From positions 34,873 through 98,872 of the forward strand of contig JADFDP010000002.1 in assembly GCA_018262835.1 (NCBI GenBank): a DNA stretch of 64,000 nucleotides, written 5' to 3'. A model generated the notes under the pieces. It was not told the DNA's origin and did no database searches. It saw only the letters and a list, made by a program, of their open reading frames with translations. The stretch's first letter is position 1. Each line of letters opens with the position of its first letter. Positions 8,701 through 20,372 of this stretch are shown here, piece by piece. Source of the DNA: Candidatus Aminicenantes bacterium. GTDB lineage: Bacteria; Acidobacteriota; Aminicenantia; UBA2199. The position numbers and the translations under genes were made by a program.

Positions 8701-10605
8701 ATGGGTAAAAAGGGGGAAAAGGCGGGAAAAAGCCGCGATCTCATTGATGCCATTGCCGACCGCGTGGCCGTCACTGACCCGCAGGGAAGAATCCTGGAAG
8801 TCAACCAGGCCATGGTCAACTTCCACGGGCGGAGCCGCAAAGAGATCGTCGGCCGCAACTTCCTGGACCTGGTTGCCAAGGAAGACCGCGAAAGGATCTG
8901 GGAATGTTTTGCCACCACACTGGAACGCGGCTTCTCTAGCGCTTTTGAATACAAAAGCCTTTCTCCCTCCGGGGAGGAATCTTATTCCGAGGTGAATGCC
9001 CTGGTCATCCGCGACGCGGAAGGCCGGCCGCTGGAAATCGTGGCGGTGACCCGGGACATCACGCAGCGCAAGGTGGTAGAAAGGCAGCTGACCGAAAGCG
9101 AAGAGATGTACCGCACTCTGCTCGACAACATCTGGGAGGCGATATTCGAGGTCGATGAAAAAGGCATCGTCCGTTTCGTCAGCGCTGGCATCGAGCGCGT
9201 CATTGGCTACAAAGCCGATGAACTTTGCGGCCGAAATTTCATGGAATTCATTCACCCGGATGACAGAAAATTCCTTGCGGACCAATTCGATCTGGTGGCG
9301 CGCAACATCCTCGAGCCCAGCGAGTACCGCCTGATCGCCAAAAGCGGCGACAGCCGCTGGATATCTTCTTCCAGCCGGCCCATTTTCAGAGAAGGCAAAT
9401 TTCGCGGCCTCAACGGCATCCTGATCGATATCCACGAGCGCAAGATCGCCCAGCAGGAGTTGCAACGGCAGCAGGAACTTCTGCTGCAGGCGCAAAAGAT
9501 GGAAGCCATCGGCACGATGGCCGGCGGCATCGCCCATGATTTCAACAATCTGCTCATGGGCATCCAGGGCCGGGCTTCGCTCATGCTCAGGGACAGCGTC
9601 GTCGGTCAGCCGCATTACGCGCACCTCAAGGCGATCGAAGAGCATGTGCGCAGCGCCTCCGATCTGACGCGCCAGCTGCTTGGACTGGCGCGCGGCGGCA
9701 AGTACGAAGCCAGGCCTTCCGATCTGAACGAGTTGATCCGGCATATGGTCGAAATGTTCGGGCGCACGCGCAAGGAGATCACCCTCTTCTCCATGCTGGA
9801 ACCGCGGCTCTGGGTGGTGGAGATCGACCGCACCCAGATCGAGCAGGTGCTGCTGAATCTCCTGCTCAATGCCTGGCAGGCCATGCCCCAGGGCGGCCAG
9901 ATCACCGTGGATTCCCAGAACCTGGAGCTGCCGGAGAGTGAGGCGCGCACCCTCCAGGTCCGTCCCGGCCGCCTGGTCAGGGTCGGAGTGAGCGACCTGG
10001 GCGTCGGCATGGATGCGGAAACCCGCAGCCGCATTTTCGACCCTTTTTTCACGACCAAGGAGATGAAGCGTGGCACCGGCTTGGGCCTGGCATCAGCCTT
10101 TGGCATTGTCAAGAACCATGGCGGCATGCTCACCGTGCAAAGCAAGAAAGGAAGCGGCAGCACCTTCCATTTCTACCTGCCCGCTTCCGACAAGCCGATC
10201 GACAAGGTCCAGGAAGCCGCGCTGGAACCGGTGGGCGGCAATGAAACCATCCTGCTTATCGATGACGAGGAGATGATCCTCGACGTGGCCAGGCAGATGC
10301 TGGTCACCCTGGACTATACCGTCCTGACGGCCGGCGGCGGCAGCCAGGCCCTGGATGTTTTCCGGGAGAACCATGAGCGCATCGACCTGGTCATCCTGGA
10401 CATGATCATGCCCGGGATGAGCGGCGCCAGGGTTTTCGCCTGCCTGAAGGAGATCGACCCCGGCGCGCGCATCCTGCTTTCCAGCGGCTACAGCCTCAAC
10501 GGCCAGGCTGAGGAGATCATGCGCCGCGGCTGCCGGGGCTTCATCCAGAAGCCCTTCAACGTCAGGGACCTGGCGCTTAAACTCCGCGAGGTTCTAGACA
10601 GGTAG
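8701..10605 (+). CDS. Cytoplasmic hybrid sensor histidine kinase (PAS domains, HisKA, HATPase_c and a C-terminal receiver domain)
   Basis: 634 aa with no TM segment. It has repeated PAS-like segments, an H-box HDFNNLLMGIQG, G-box motifs (GTGLGL), then a REC domain ILLIDDEEMILD...LVILDMIMPGMSG. Confidence 0.85.
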   Translation: MGKKGEKAGKSRDLIDAIADRVAVTDPQGRILEVNQAMVNFHGRSRKEIVGRNFLDLVAKEDRERIWECFATTLERGFSSAFEYKSLSPSGEESYSEVNALVIRDAEGRPLEIVAVTRDITQRKVVERQLTESEEMYRTLLDNIWEAIFEVDEKGIVRFVSAGIERVIGYKADELCGRNFMEFIHPDDRKFLADQFDLVARNILEPSEYRLIAKSGDSRWISSSSRPIFREGKFRGLNGILIDIHERKIAQQELQRQQELLLQAQKMEAIGTMAGGIAHDFNNLLMGIQGRASLMLRDSVVGQPHYAHLKAIEEHVRSASDLTRQLLGLARGGKYEARPSDLNELIRHMVEMFGRTRKEITLFSMLEPRLWVVEIDRTQIEQVLLNLLLNAWQAMPQGGQITVDSQNLELPESEARTLQVRPGRLVRVGVSDLGVGMDAETRSRIFDPFFTTKEMKRGTGLGLASAFGIVKNHGGMLTVQSKKGSGSTFHFYLPASDKPIDKVQEAALEPVGGNETILLIDDEEMILDVARQMLVTLDYTVLTAGGGSQALDVFRENHERIDLVILDMIMPGMSGARVFACLKEIDPGARILLSSGYSLNGQAEEIMRRGCRGFIQKPFNVRDLALKLREVLDR

Positions 10606-10621
10606 CTCATCCTTTTGCGGC

Positions 10622-12403
10622 TCAGAACTTGAAAAACACAGGCAGCAGGATCAGTGTGATCAGGCTGTAAATCATCACCAGTGGCAGGCCGGCTTTCATA
10701 TAATCGCTGAATCTGTAGTTCCCGGGGCCGTAGACCATCAGGTTGGTCTGATAGCCGTGCGGAGTGAGGAAAGAGGCGCTGGCGCCGTAGGCCACGGCCA
10801 TGACGAGCGGCAGGGGGTCGACCTGCAGCGAGATCGCCGTGGAATAGGCTATGGGAAATGCCAGGGCCGCCGCGGCATTGTTGGTCACCATCTGGGTGAG
10901 CAGCAGGGTCAGGAAATACACGCCGACCAGGTTGGCGTAAGCTCCGTGTCCCTTGAAAAAAAACAGGATGCCGTCGGCGATAAGCGTCGAGGCGCCGCTG
11001 TCGAGCATGACCTTGGAAATCCCCAGGGCCGAGCCCACGAGCACGAAAATGTCGAGGTTGGCATTGCTGCGCAAATCCTCGATGCGGAAAAAACCCAGCA
11101 GGATGTAAAGGAACAGGACGATGGCCAGCGATTCGAGCAGCGGCAGCAGGTCCAGGGCGCTGGACAGGATAGCGGCGGTAAAAAGCGTTATTGCCAGGAT
11201 GCTGTCGCGCCGGGAAAGGTGCTGTTGCAGGTTGACCTTGTTGATCAGGTAAAAATTGTTTTTGAGGTTCTCCCTTTTGCCGAAATCAGGTCCCACGGCC
11301 AGGAGCAGGGTGTCGCCGGCCTCCAGCCGTATCTGACCGATCTTGCCCGAGAGCTTTTTGCTGCCGCGCCGCACGGCAACCACCGCGGCGTCGAACTTGG
11401 CGCGGAAATCCGCGGTTTTCACTTTTTTCCCCAGGAGCGTAGAGGTATGGGATAAGATCACTTCCCGGAGATTCTTCCTGAGCAAGCTGATGTTTTCCTC
11501 TTTGAATATGGCCAGGCGGTCGAAATTGCCGATGTCCTTTACCTTGTGCACTTCGCCGACGAAGACCAGGATGTCCCCGGCCTGGATGATCTCCTCGGGG
11601 CTGACCGGGGAGACCAGACGGTCGTTGCGGATCAGTTCCGCCAGGAAGAGGCTTTGCAGATTGCGGAACTTGTTGGCGGCAACGCTTTTGCCGATGTGGG
11701 CGGAATGCTCCAACACCCGGGCTTCCAGGAAATAATTGTCACGGCGGATCTTGGGCGCGGCTGCGGTCGCCGGCAGCAGCCAATGGGAAAAAAACGCGAT
11801 ATAAATGAATCCGCCCAGGCACAGGGGAATGCCCACGTAGGCGAACTGGAAGATCCCCAGCCCCTTCATCCCGGCTTCCAGGGCCAGGCCGTTGACGACC
11901 AGGTTGGTCGAGGTGCCGATCAGGGTGATGGTACCCCCAAGGATGGCTGTATAGGAAAGCGGCAGCAGCAGTTTGCCTGGGGGAAAATGGCGGTTGTTTC
12001 TCAGCGGTCCCAGGAACGAGGCCACCACGGCGGTGTTGTTCATGAAGGCTGAGAGGGGAAAGATGCACAGGCACAGGCGGGCCAGCGACCGGTTCAGCGA
12101 GCGGAAGTCAAAGACCAGTCGGCTCATCCAGGCCGTGAGCGGCGTTTTTTCGATCACGGCGGCGGCCTGCATGACCAGCATCAGGGTCACCAGGGCCGGG
12201 TTGACGAATTGGGCGAGCAGCTCCCCGGCCGAGATCCCGCCGGTCAGGAAGAACACGAACAGTGCGGCCGCAAAAAGGAAAGCCGGGTGGGTACGGGTCC
12301 GGATCAGCAGCAGGAACAGCAGGACGATTACGGCGATGACAAAATAGGCGATGGCAACCTCCCGGCAAAGCCTAGTTTTACTAAAAAAGCCCTTTAAATG
12401 CAA
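10622..12403 (-). CDS. DASS/SLC13-family anion permease with central tandem TrkA-C domains
   Basis: 593 aa. Polytopic N- and C-terminal halves flank two TrkA_C-like soluble repeats (…IVFVGEVHKVKD… / …GDILVFVG…). Confidence 0.75.
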   Translation of the reverse strand: MHLKGFFSKTRLCREVAIAYFVIAVIVLLFLLLIRTRTHPAFLFAAALFVFFLTGGISAGELLAQFVNPALVTLMLVMQAAAVIEKTPLTAWMSRLVFDFRSLNRSLARLCLCIFPLSAFMNNTAVVASFLGPLRNNRHFPPGKLLLPLSYTAILGGTITLIGTSTNLVVNGLALEAGMKGLGIFQFAYVGIPLCLGGFIYIAFFSHWLLPATAAAPKIRRDNYFLEARVLEHSAHIGKSVAANKFRNLQSLFLAELIRNDRLVSPVSPEEIIQAGDILVFVGEVHKVKDIGNFDRLAIFKEENISLLRKNLREVILSHTSTLLGKKVKTADFRAKFDAAVVAVRRGSKKLSGKIGQIRLEAGDTLLLAVGPDFGKRENLKNNFYLINKVNLQQHLSRRDSILAITLFTAAILSSALDLLPLLESLAIVLFLYILLGFFRIEDLRSNANLDIFVLVGSALGISKVMLDSGASTLIADGILFFFKGHGAYANLVGVYFLTLLLTQMVTNNAAAALAFPIAYSTAISLQVDPLPLVMAVAYGASASFLTPHGYQTNLMVYGPGNYRFSDYMKAGLPLVMIYSLITLILLPVFFKF

Positions 12404-12470
12404 GCCGATGGCCTGCGGCCGCGGCCGGCGCAGAGTTGACCGCCCGGGCTTTTTCTGCTACAAAAGAGCC

Positions 12471-13529
12471 ATGACAGTCGAACAGTTCCTGCCGGCCCTG
12501 CATTTCGGCGACGCCATCGGCAATTCGGCCCTGGCTTTGCACCGCTTTTTGCAGGGGTGCGGCATCGAAAGCCGGCTGGTGGCCATGACCTGCGATGAAT
12601 GTCTCAGGGACCAGGCCGTGTTGTTCGCTGACTACCGTCTCGATGCCCAATCCATCAAAATCATGCATTTTGCCGTCGCCTCGCAGCTCACAGATTTTTT
12701 TTTGGAATTGAAAGGGAAAAAGGTGCTGATTTATCACAACATCACTCCGGCGCATTTCTTTGTCGGTTATTCCGATTTTTTGGTGCGCTTTGTTACCGCC
12801 GGCCGCGAACATCTGGGCCGGCTCAGCGATTGCTTCGATCTGTCCCTGGGGGTATCGCAGTACAACGCCGGCGAACTGCGCGATCTGGGGTTCCATGATG
12901 TCCGGGTCTTTCCCCTGCTGGTCAACCTCGATGACTACGGCCAGGAACCCAGCCGGGCCTATATGGAGTTGCTGAAAAACGAACGGAAAAACATTCTGTT
13001 CGCCGGCCGGTTCATGCCGAACAAAAAAATTGAAGACCTGATCAAGGTGGTTTTTTTCTATAAAAAATATATTTCCCCGGCCGTGCGTTTGATCTTGCTC
13101 GGCAATACCAACACTTTGCCCAAATATTACCTGGCCGTCAAGGATCTGGCGGCGCGCTTTTATCTGACCGCCGAAGACGTTTTGTTCACCGGCCACTTGC
13201 CCCAGGATGAATTCCTGTCCGTCTTCCGCCTGGCCGATGTCTTCCTTTCCATGAGCGAGCATGAGGGCTTTTGCCTGCCACTGCTTGAGAGCTGCTATTT
13301 TCAGGTGCCGGTGCTGGCTTTTGATGCGGCGGCTGTGGCTGAAACCTTGGCCGGGGCCGGGATCTTGTTCTGTGACAAGGATGCCGCGCTGACGGCCGGC
13401 CTGGTGGAGCAGGTCCTGGAAAACGAGCCGCTGCGCCGGCAGTTGCGAGCGCGGGCCGTTGATCGGATCAAGGGTTACCGGCGCCTGGCCGATCCTGCGC
13501 AGTTGCTGGATTGGCTGCGGCAGTTGTGA
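12471..13529 (+). CDS. Glycosyltransferase family 4 (GT-B fold)
   Basis: GT4 C-terminal signature SEHEGFCLPLLESCYFQVPVLAFD. The start is placed at MTVEQ because the upstream part of the ORF would overlap the divergent permease start. Confidence 0.75.
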   Translation: MTVEQFLPALHFGDAIGNSALALHRFLQGCGIESRLVAMTCDECLRDQAVLFADYRLDAQSIKIMHFAVASQLTDFFLELKGKKVLIYHNITPAHFFVGYSDFLVRFVTAGREHLGRLSDCFDLSLGVSQYNAGELRDLGFHDVRVFPLLVNLDDYGQEPSRAYMELLKNERKNILFAGRFMPNKKIEDLIKVVFFYKKYISPAVRLILLGNTNTLPKYYLAVKDLAARFYLTAEDVLFTGHLPQDEFLSVFRLADVFLSMSEHEGFCLPLLESCYFQVPVLAFDAAAVAETLAGAGILFCDKDAALTAGLVEQVLENEPLRRQLRARAVDRIKGYRRLADPAQLLDWLRQL

Positions 13530-13533
13530 AGCG

Positions 13534-14712
13534 ATGATCTCCGTCGGCATTGTGGTCCAGCGTTACGGCAATGAAGTGGTCGGCGGAGCCGAGACCCTGG
13601 CCCGCAATGTAGCGGAAAGGCTGATCCGGCTGGGTTTCCGCGTGACTGTTTTCACCACCTGCGCCAAGGATTATCTCACTTGGCGCAATGAATATCCCTC
13701 CGGCGAATCGATCCTGAAAGGCGTACGGATCCAACGCTTCCCCGTGACCCGTGAGCGCGATATCGCGGATTTCAACCGTTTTTCCGAAAAGATTTTTTCT
13801 GCCGCTGCTGCGGAACTCGATGAGCAAAAGTGGTTCGCCGAACAGGGCCCCTTCTCCCCCGACTTGATCCAGGCGCTGGCTGCAGGACAAAAGGATATCG
13901 ATCTTTTTATCTTTTTTACCTACCTTTACTATCCGACCGTCGAAGGGATCAAGGCGGTTGGCAAACCGGTTATCCTGTTTCCCACCGCCCATGACGAGCC
14001 TCCTCTCCATCTGCGGGCCATGGGCGAGGTCTTCCGCCGTCCCCAGGCCATCTTTTTTTTGACCCAGGCCGAAATGGACATGGTGAACCGGTTCTTCGCA
14101 CCGCCGGGAAAGATGCGTTTGGTGCGCACCGGCCTGGATATACGTCCTGATGTCGATGACAAGCCATTCCGCCGTCGTTATATGCTGATCGCCCCCTACC
14201 TGCTCTATGCCGGCCGCATCGAAAAAGGCAAGGGGCTGGAAGCGGTTTTCGAATATTATTCGGCATTGAAAAACGAGGCCTATGTGGACCTGGTCCTGAT
14301 AGGGAAAAAGCTGATGGATATCCCCGCCAGCCAGGGATTGAAATATCTGGGCTATGTTTCTGAAAGCGGCAAGCTGGCCGCGTTCAAGGGTGCCGTGCTC
14401 TCCGTGCAGCCTTCGCCGCTGGAAAGTCTTTCCATTACTACCCTGGAATCTTTTTCCGTGCAGACGCCGGTGCTGGCCAATCGCCGTTGCCCGGCCCTGC
14501 TGGAGCACGTCGAAAATTCCGGGGCGGGACTGGCCTACGGCAACGGAGAGGAATTTTTAGAGGGATTCCGGCGGCTGTATCGCCGGCCGGCATTGCGCAG
14601 GCAGATGGGGGCGAAGGGCCTGGAATATGTAAGAAAATATTATTCCTGGGATGTGGTGATGAAGGAGATCCAGGCGGGGATTGCAGAGGTCTTGGAAACA
14701 AAAAAGGCCTAA
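13534..14712 (+). CDS. Glycosyltransferase family 4
   Basis: N-terminal GT4 Rossmann motif ([25 protein letters not shown]) and C-terminal motif ...[20 protein letters not shown]... It is in tandem with the preceding GT4 gene. Confidence 0.75.
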   Translation: MISVGIVVQRYGNEVVGGAETLARNVAERLIRLGFRVTVFTTCAKDYLTWRNEYPSGESILKGVRIQRFPVTRERDIADFNRFSEKIFSAAAAELDEQKWFAEQGPFSPDLIQALAAGQKDIDLFIFFTYLYYPTVEGIKAVGKPVILFPTAHDEPPLHLRAMGEVFRRPQAIFFLTQAEMDMVNRFFAPPGKMRLVRTGLDIRPDVDDKPFRRRYMLIAPYLLYAGRIEKGKGLEAVFEYYSALKNEAYVDLVLIGKKLMDIPASQGLKYLGYVSESGKLAAFKGAVLSVQPSPLESLSITTLESFSVQTPVLANRRCPALLEHVENSGAGLAYGNGEEFLEGFRRLYRRPALRRQMGAKGLEYVRKYYSWDVVMKEIQAGIAEVLETKKA

Positions 14713-14762
14713 ACTCAGAACTCGGTGTACGGTTTACGGCAGAAGGTGGACGGTAGGAATCA

Positions 14763-14921
14763 AAGCACCAAAATACAAGCACCAAATTCCAAATAAATTC
14801 CAAGTTCCAAATTCCAATGTCCAAAACAAGGACATTTACAGTGCTTTTTCTTCGTTTGGGTCATTGGGTCATTGGATATTGGAGCTTGTTTGTGATTTGG
14901 TGCGTGGTGCTTGGAATTTTA
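14763..14921. repeat. Long imperfect hairpin element, a member of an intergenic repeat family
   Basis: The left arm aagcaccaaaatacaagcaccaaat...caagttccaaattccaatgtcc is complementary to the right arm gggtcattgggtcattgg...atttggtgcgtggtgcttggaattt. The left arm recurs at 27198-27254. Confidence 0.55.
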
Positions 14922-14973
14922 GTCTTACCGTCCGCTGTCCGCCGTCCGCCGTGAACCGAGTTCGCTCGAGCTC

Positions 14974-16245
14974 TTACATCCCCTTGGACATCATATTGAT
15001 GAACTCGGCGTTGGATTTGGTCTTGGATAACTTTTCCACCAGCAGTTCCATGGCTTCGACCTCGGACATCTGTGAAAGCACTTTGCGCAGGACCCAGATC
15101 TTGCTCAGCTCCTCGCGTTCGATCAGCAGTTCTTCCTTGCGAGTCCCGGAGCGGAACAAGTCGATGGCCGGGAAGACGCGCTTGTCTACGAGCCGGCGGT
15201 CGAGATTGATCTCCATGTTGCCCGTGCCCTTGAATTCCTCGAAAATGACCTCATCCATGCGGCTGCCGGTGTCGACCAGGGCCGTGGCCAGGATGGTCAG
15301 ACTGCCGCCGCCTTCGATGTTCCTGGCGGCGCCAAAGAACTTTTTCGGCTTGTTCAGCGCGTTGGCGTCTATGCCGCCTGACAACACCTTGCCCGAAGCC
15401 GGTGTGATGGCGTTGTGGGCCCGGGCCAGGCGGGTGATCGAATCCAAAAGGATGACCACGTCCTTGCCCATTTCCACCATGCGTTTGGCTTTTTCCAGCA
15501 CGATGTCGGCCACTTTGGTATGGCGCAGGGGTATTTCATCGAAAGTCGAGGCGATGACTTCGCCCTTGACGTTGCGGCTCATGTCGGTGACTTCTTCAGG
15601 CCTTTCGTCGATCAGCAGGACGATGAGATTGATCTCCGGATGATTGACCTCGATGGATTTGGCGATGCTCTGCAGGATCATGGTCTTGCCGGTGCGGGGA
15701 GCGGCGACGATCAGGCCGCGCTGCCCCTTGCCCAGGGGAGTAAGCAGGTTCATCACCCGGCCGGACATGTTCTCGGGACCGGTTTCCAGGTTGATCTTGT
15801 CGTCGGGATACAGGGGCGTCAATTTTTCGAACCTGACGTTGCGGCGCTTTTCGGTCACTGTTTCCGGGTCCTCGTTATTGACCGCCTCCACGCTCAGTAG
15901 GGCGAAGTATTTTTCCCCGGTTTTGGGCGGGCGGACCGAGCCGGATACCGTGTCGCCGGTGCGCAGGTCGAACTTGTTCACCTGGGAAGGGGAAACGTAG
16001 ATGTCCTCCGGGCTGGTCAGGTAAGCGTACTCCTGGAAGCGCAGAAAGCCGTAGCCCTCACTGTGCACTTCGATGACCCCTTCGGCGAACAGTTTGCCGC
16101 TGGCGCGGGCCTGGACGTCCAGGATCTTGAAAAACATTGAATTTTTATCGTTGATGTCCTTTTCGTCGATTTCCAGTTCCTTGACCAGCTTTTTCAATTC
16201 CAGCGCTTTCAAGTTTTGCAGATCTTTTAATGAATACATAGTCAC
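14974..16245 (-). CDS. rho: Transcription termination factor Rho
   Basis: 423 aa. N-terminal RNA-binding/CSD-like region, Walker [16 protein letters not shown], and Q- and R-loops. Full-length Rho architecture. Confidence 0.95.
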   Translation of the reverse strand: MTMYSLKDLQNLKALELKKLVKELEIDEKDINDKNSMFFKILDVQARASGKLFAEGVIEVHSEGYGFLRFQEYAYLTSPEDIYVSPSQVNKFDLRTGDTVSGSVRPPKTGEKYFALLSVEAVNNEDPETVTEKRRNVRFEKLTPLYPDDKINLETGPENMSGRVMNLLTPLGKGQRGLIVAAPRTGKTMILQSIAKSIEVNHPEINLIVLLIDERPEEVTDMSRNVKGEVIASTFDEIPLRHTKVADIVLEKAKRMVEMGKDVVILLDSITRLARAHNAITPASGKVLSGGIDANALNKPKKFFGAARNIEGGGSLTILATALVDTGSRMDEVIFEEFKGTGNMEINLDRRLVDKRVFPAIDLFRSGTRKEELLIEREELSKIWVLRKVLSQMSEVEAMELLVEKLSKTKSNAEFINMMSKGM

Positions 16246-16814
16246 TCCTTTATGGCCTCATTTATATGTTTCCAAATTTCATTCTTTCCCGCTTGCGCTT
16301 TGATTGAAAAGGAAATGGTTTGCAAGCCGAATTTTTTTTTGAGTTGCGTATTGAGGTTTTTTTGTTCAGAAAATGATATTTTATCACTCTTGGTTAGAAT
16401 TGTCAAGACGGGAAATTTTTTTTCCACGATCTGCGCCAGAGTGTCCAGATCGGGAGGCAGGAAGCCGCGCCGGGAGTCGATGAGCAGGGCCGCTAAACGG
16501 ACATTATCCGCCTGGTTCAAAAAATCGGCGATCAGCTTGCGTACCCGGGCGCTTTCGCTTTTCGAAACCTTGGCGAACCCGTAGCCGGGCAGGTCGGCGA
16601 AAAGCAGTTTGCCGTCGATCAGGTAATAGTTGATGCTCAGGGTTTTTCCGGGCGTGGAGCTTGTCTTGGCCAGCTTGTGCTCGAGCAAGGCATTGATCAG
16701 CGATGATTTGCCCACATTGGAGCGGCCGAAGAACAGGACCTTAGGCCGGTTGTCCCTGGGGAGCTGGCTCTGATTGAAGAAAGTCCCGGCAAGTTCGGAT
16801 TTCTTTATGTTCAT
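16242..16814 (-). CDS. engB: Ribosome-biogenesis GTPase EngB/YsxC (YihA)
   Basis: G1 motif [14 protein letters not shown] and a G4-like motif. The start is taken at [10 protein letters not shown] because the longer ORF would overlap lon by 128 nt. Confidence 0.8.
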   Translation of the reverse strand: MNIKKSELAGTFFNQSQLPRDNRPKVLFFGRSNVGKSSLINALLEHKLAKTSSTPGKTLSINYYLIDGKLLFADLPGYGFAKVSKSESARVRKLIADFLNQADNVRLAALLIDSRRGFLPPDLDTLAQIVEKKFPVLTILTKSDKISFSEQKNLNTQLKKKFGLQTISFSIKAQAGKNEIWKHINEAIKE

Positions 16815-16830
16815 TTGGCTGATTCGGTGC

Positions 16831-19161
16831 TTATTGTAAATTCGCCTCTTGCAGCGGCCGGATGACCTTGCTTCTGATATTTTTAATCTTGATGGGATTT
16901 TCCAGGACGATATCCAGAAGCTCATCCATGGTGTCGACTGGGTGGATCTGGATGTCATTTTTCAGTTCTTCGGGAATATCCTCGCGAAAATCCTTTTCAT
17001 TCTCCGAAGGTATCAGGATGTTCTTGATGCCATAGCGGTGGGCAGCGATGATCTTTTCCTTAATGCCGCCGACCGGCAGGATCTTGCCGCGCAGGGTGAT
17101 CTCGCCGGTCATGGCGTAGTCGGACCTGACCGGGATGCCGGTCAGCAGGGAGATCAGTGAAACGGCCAAAGTGACGCCCGCCGAAGGCCCCTCTTTGGGC
17201 ACGGCGCCTTCGGGGATATGCAGGTGAATGTCATAATTTTTCAGTTCTTCCGTATCCAGTTCCAGTTCAAAAAGCTTCAGCTTGGTGTAGCTGAAAGCGG
17301 CCGATGAGGATTCCTTCATTACTTCGCCCAGGCGGCCGGTCAGGATCAATTCCCCCTTGCCTTTCAGCATGCGGGCTTCCACCACCAGGATGTCGCCGCC
17401 GGCCGCGGTCCAGGCCAGGCCCATGGCCACGCCGATCTCGTTGCTGTGGAATATCTTCTGGTTGCTGTATTTGGCGATGCCTAGGTATTTCTGCAGCAAG
17501 GCCCGGTCGATGATCTTGTTTTCTTTTTCCTTGCTCTTTTTACCTGCTTCAATGATGCTGCGGGCGGTTTTTCTCATGATGACGGCGATTTCACGTTCCA
17601 GGTTGCGCACCCCGGCTTCGCGAGTGTACTCGTTGATGATGCTCAGCAGGATGTCGTCGCCGATCTGGATCTCGTCCGGCGAAAAACCGTTTTTTTCCGC
17701 CTGTTTTTTCAGCAGAAAATTCTTGGCGATCTGCAGCTTTTCCCTTTCGGTATAGCCCGGGAGTTCGATGACCTCCATGCGGTCCAGCAGGGCCGGGGGG
17801 ATGTTGTCGGCAAAGTTGGCCGTGGTGATGAAAAAAACCTGGGACAGGTCCATCTCCAGGTCCAGGTAATGGTCGGTGAACTCGGCATTCTGCTCGGGAT
17901 CCAGAGCTTCCAGCAGCGCCGAAGCCGGGTCGCCGCGGAAATCCGAATTCAGCTTGTCGATCTCGTCGAGCAAGAAGACCGGGTTCATGCTGGCGGCTTT
18001 TTTCAGGCCCTTGACGATCTGGCCTGGATAGGAACCGATGTAGGTGCGGCGGTGGCCGCGAATTTCCGCCTCATCCTTGACTCCGCCCAGCGAAACACGG
18101 ACGAATTTGCGGTCCAGGGCCCGGGCGATGGATTTGGAGAGGGAACTCTTGCCTACGCCCGGCGGGCCGACAAAGCAGAGGATCTCGCCTTCCGCTTTCT
18201 TGACCAGCAACCGCACGGCCAGGTAGTCCAGAATCCGGTCCTTGACCTTGCGCAGTCCGTAATGGTCCTCATCAAGAATCTGCGCCGCCCGCTGGATATC
18301 CTTGTTTTCCTTTTTGAATTTTTTCCAGGGGATGGCCAGCAGCCAGTCCAGGTAATACCGGGAAACCGTGCCTTCGGCCGAAAACGGCGGCATGGCGGCC
18401 AGGCGTTCCAGTTCCTCTTCGGCCCGGATATTGACGTACTCGGGCAGCTGGGCCGTAGCGATCTTTTTTTTGTATTCTTCGTAATCGGTCTCCTGGCCTT
18501 CCTCGCGCTTCAGCTTGGGTTCGATGTCCCGCTGGCTTCTGAGCTGCAGGACCTCCTTCTTCAAGATATTGTAGACCCGGACGCCGCGGGCATACGTGTT
18601 CAATTCCTCCAACAGCGATTGCTTGATCTTCAGGGGGATGTTGATGATGGAGATGATGATGTCCGAGGCGTCGGACAGTTGGCTGGGTTTGAGCCGGGTC
18701 ATGATGCCCGGCAGGCGGACCCGCTTCAAATTGATGTATTCTTCGAACAAGGCGATCAGGTTGCGTGAAAGCTCCAGCAGATCTTTGCCGCTTTCGGCGC
18801 GTTCCTCCAAAATGTCCAGCCGCACCAGGTAAAAATCGCGGCTGTCTGCATAACTGAGGATTTGCCCCCTTTTCAAGCCCTGAACGACGATGCGGTAACT
18901 GCCGTTGTTCTGCTCGGCCGATTTTTCGATCTTGGCGATGGTACCGGTTTCGTACATTTCTTCGGGAAGCGGCGCTTCGGTGACCTGGTTTTTCTGCGCC
19001 GCCAGGAAAATGTAGCCGCTGTAGGTGTTCAGCGACGCTTTCAGGGCGTTGACCGATTTGTCGCGGCCCACAAGGATGGGCACGATGACGGTGGGGAAGG
19101 CCACCAGCTCCCGCAGGGGGATCAGGGGCAGAATCAGTTCCTTACTGTTCAGGCGATCCAT
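16831..19161 (-). CDS. lon: ATP-dependent Lon protease (LonA)
   Basis: 776 aa with an N-terminal LON substrate-binding domain. AAA+ Walker [10 protein letters not shown]. Protease domain with the catalytic Ser motif PKEGPSAGV. It follows clpX, completing the classic tig-clpP-clpX-lon order. Confidence 0.95.
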   Translation of the reverse strand: MDRLNSKELILPLIPLRELVAFPTVIVPILVGRDKSVNALKASLNTYSGYIFLAAQKNQVTEAPLPEEMYETGTIAKIEKSAEQNNGSYRIVVQGLKRGQILSYADSRDFYLVRLDILEERAESGKDLLELSRNLIALFEEYINLKRVRLPGIMTRLKPSQLSDASDIIISIINIPLKIKQSLLEELNTYARGVRVYNILKKEVLQLRSQRDIEPKLKREEGQETDYEEYKKKIATAQLPEYVNIRAEEELERLAAMPPFSAEGTVSRYYLDWLLAIPWKKFKKENKDIQRAAQILDEDHYGLRKVKDRILDYLAVRLLVKKAEGEILCFVGPPGVGKSSLSKSIARALDRKFVRVSLGGVKDEAEIRGHRRTYIGSYPGQIVKGLKKAASMNPVFLLDEIDKLNSDFRGDPASALLEALDPEQNAEFTDHYLDLEMDLSQVFFITTANFADNIPPALLDRMEVIELPGYTEREKLQIAKNFLLKKQAEKNGFSPDEIQIGDDILLSIINEYTREAGVRNLEREIAVIMRKTARSIIEAGKKSKEKENKIIDRALLQKYLGIAKYSNQKIFHSNEIGVAMGLAWTAAGGDILVVEARMLKGKGELILTGRLGEVMKESSSAAFSYTKLKLFELELDTEELKNYDIHLHIPEGAVPKEGPSAGVTLAVSLISLLTGIPVRSDYAMTGEITLRGKILPVGGIKEKIIAAHRYGIKNILIPSENEKDFREDIPEELKNDIQIHPVDTMDELLDIVLENPIKIKNIRSKVIRPLQEANLQ

Positions 19162-20372
19162 TTTTTATCTTTAAGAAAATCTCCGTCGATCAGCACTTTG
19201 CTGAGCTGGTCTTTTTTGGAAGGGATCTCGAACATGAGGTCGAGCATGATCTCTTCAAAAATGGCGCGCAGCCCCCGGGCGCCGACGCCGCGGACGGTGG
19301 CCTGCTCGGTGATCTTCTCCAGCGCTTCCTTGGAAAATTCCAGATCCACTCCGTCCATCTTGAAAAGGGCCTTGAATTGCTTGGTGATGGCATCCTTGGG
19401 CTCCAGCAGGATGCGGTACAGCTGTTCCTTGTCGAGCTCATTGAGAACCCCCGTCACCGAGAAGCGGCCGACCAGCTCCGGGATCAGGCCGTAGCGGATC
19501 AGGTCGTCGGTTTGAACTTGCTCGAAGATGTCGGCGCGGAAATGGCGGCCCTTTTCCCTGCTTTCCTTGTTGGTGCCGAAGCCGATCAGGTTTTTTTTCA
19601 GGCGCCGCTGGATGATCTTTTCCAGGCCCACGAAGGCGCCGCCGGCTATGAACAATATGTTCCGGGTATCGATCTTTAAAAATTCCTGATACGGGTGCTT
19701 GCGCCCGCCCAGGGGCGGCACGTTGGCCACGGTGCCTTCGACGATTTTGAGCAACGCCTGCTGCACGCCTTCCCCGGACACATCGCGGGTGATGGAGGGG
19801 TTTTCGCTTTTTCGCGAGATTTTGTCCAGTTCGTCGATATAAATGATACCCTTTTCCGCCAGTTCCTTGTTTTCGCCGGCGGCCTGGTAGAGTTTCAGCA
19901 GAATGTTTTCCACGTCTTCGCCCACATAGCCCGCTTCGGTGAGGGTGGTGGCGTCGGCCATGGCGAATGGGACGTCGAGGATTTTAGCCAGGGTTTCGGC
20001 CAGCAGGGTTTTGCCGGTCCCGGTTGGACCGATCAACAGGACATTGCTCTTGCGGATATCCACCTTGGCCAAGTTCTGGTTGTGGCTGGTCCTTTTGTAG
20101 TGGTTGTACACGGCCACGGCCAGCTTTTTCTTGGCCGTGTCCTGGGAAATGATGTATTCGTCGAGCTTGCCCTTGATCTCAACCGGGGTCAGGAGTTTGA
20201 ATTTTTTTCCGCTGACCGGGGGTTTTGGCGATTCCCCGCCGCTGAAGATCAGGTTGTAGGCGGTTTTTGTGCATTCGTCGCAGATGTACACCCCGGGGCC
20301 GGCGATCAGTTTCATGGCTCGCGATTGGGGGATGCCGCAAAAACTGCAGCGGGCTTCTTTCTCTTCCTTCAT
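19149..20372 (-). CDS. clpX: ATP-dependent Clp protease ATP-binding subunit ClpX
   Basis: N-terminal C4 zinc finger CSFCGIP...CDEC. Walker [12 protein letters not shown]-loop region present. Confidence 0.95.
   Translation of the reverse strand: MKEEKEARCSFCGIPQSRAMKLIAGPGVYICDECTKTAYNLIFSGGESPKPPVSGKKFKLLTPVEIKGKLDEYIISQDTAKKKLAVAVYNHYKRTSHNQNLAKVDIRKSNVLLIGPTGTGKTLLAETLAKILDVPFAMADATTLTEAGYVGEDVENILLKLYQAAGENKELAEKGIIYIDELDKISRKSENPSITRDVSGEGVQQALLKIVEGTVANVPPLGGRKHPYQEFLKIDTRNILFIAGGAFVGLEKIIQRRLKKNLIGFGTNKESREKGRHFRADIFEQVQTDDLIRYGLIPELVGRFSVTGVLNELDKEQLYRILLEPKDAITKQFKALFKMDGVDLEFSKEALEKITEQATVRGVGARGLRAIFEEIMLDLMFEIPSKKDQLSKVLIDGDFLKDKKWIA

Noticed and set aside
8587-9744. 385-aa minus-strand ORF
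   Set aside because: It overlaps the PAS/HisKA portion of the hybrid histidine kinase on the opposite strand. It has no start context or motifs.
12381-14508. 389-aa and 346-aa minus-strand ORFs across both glycosyltransferase genes
   Set aside because: The plus-strand frames carry the GT4 signature motifs. The minus frames are antisense artefacts.
17869-18768. 299-aa plus-strand ORF inside lon
   Set aside because: It is antisense to the Lon AAA+ region.
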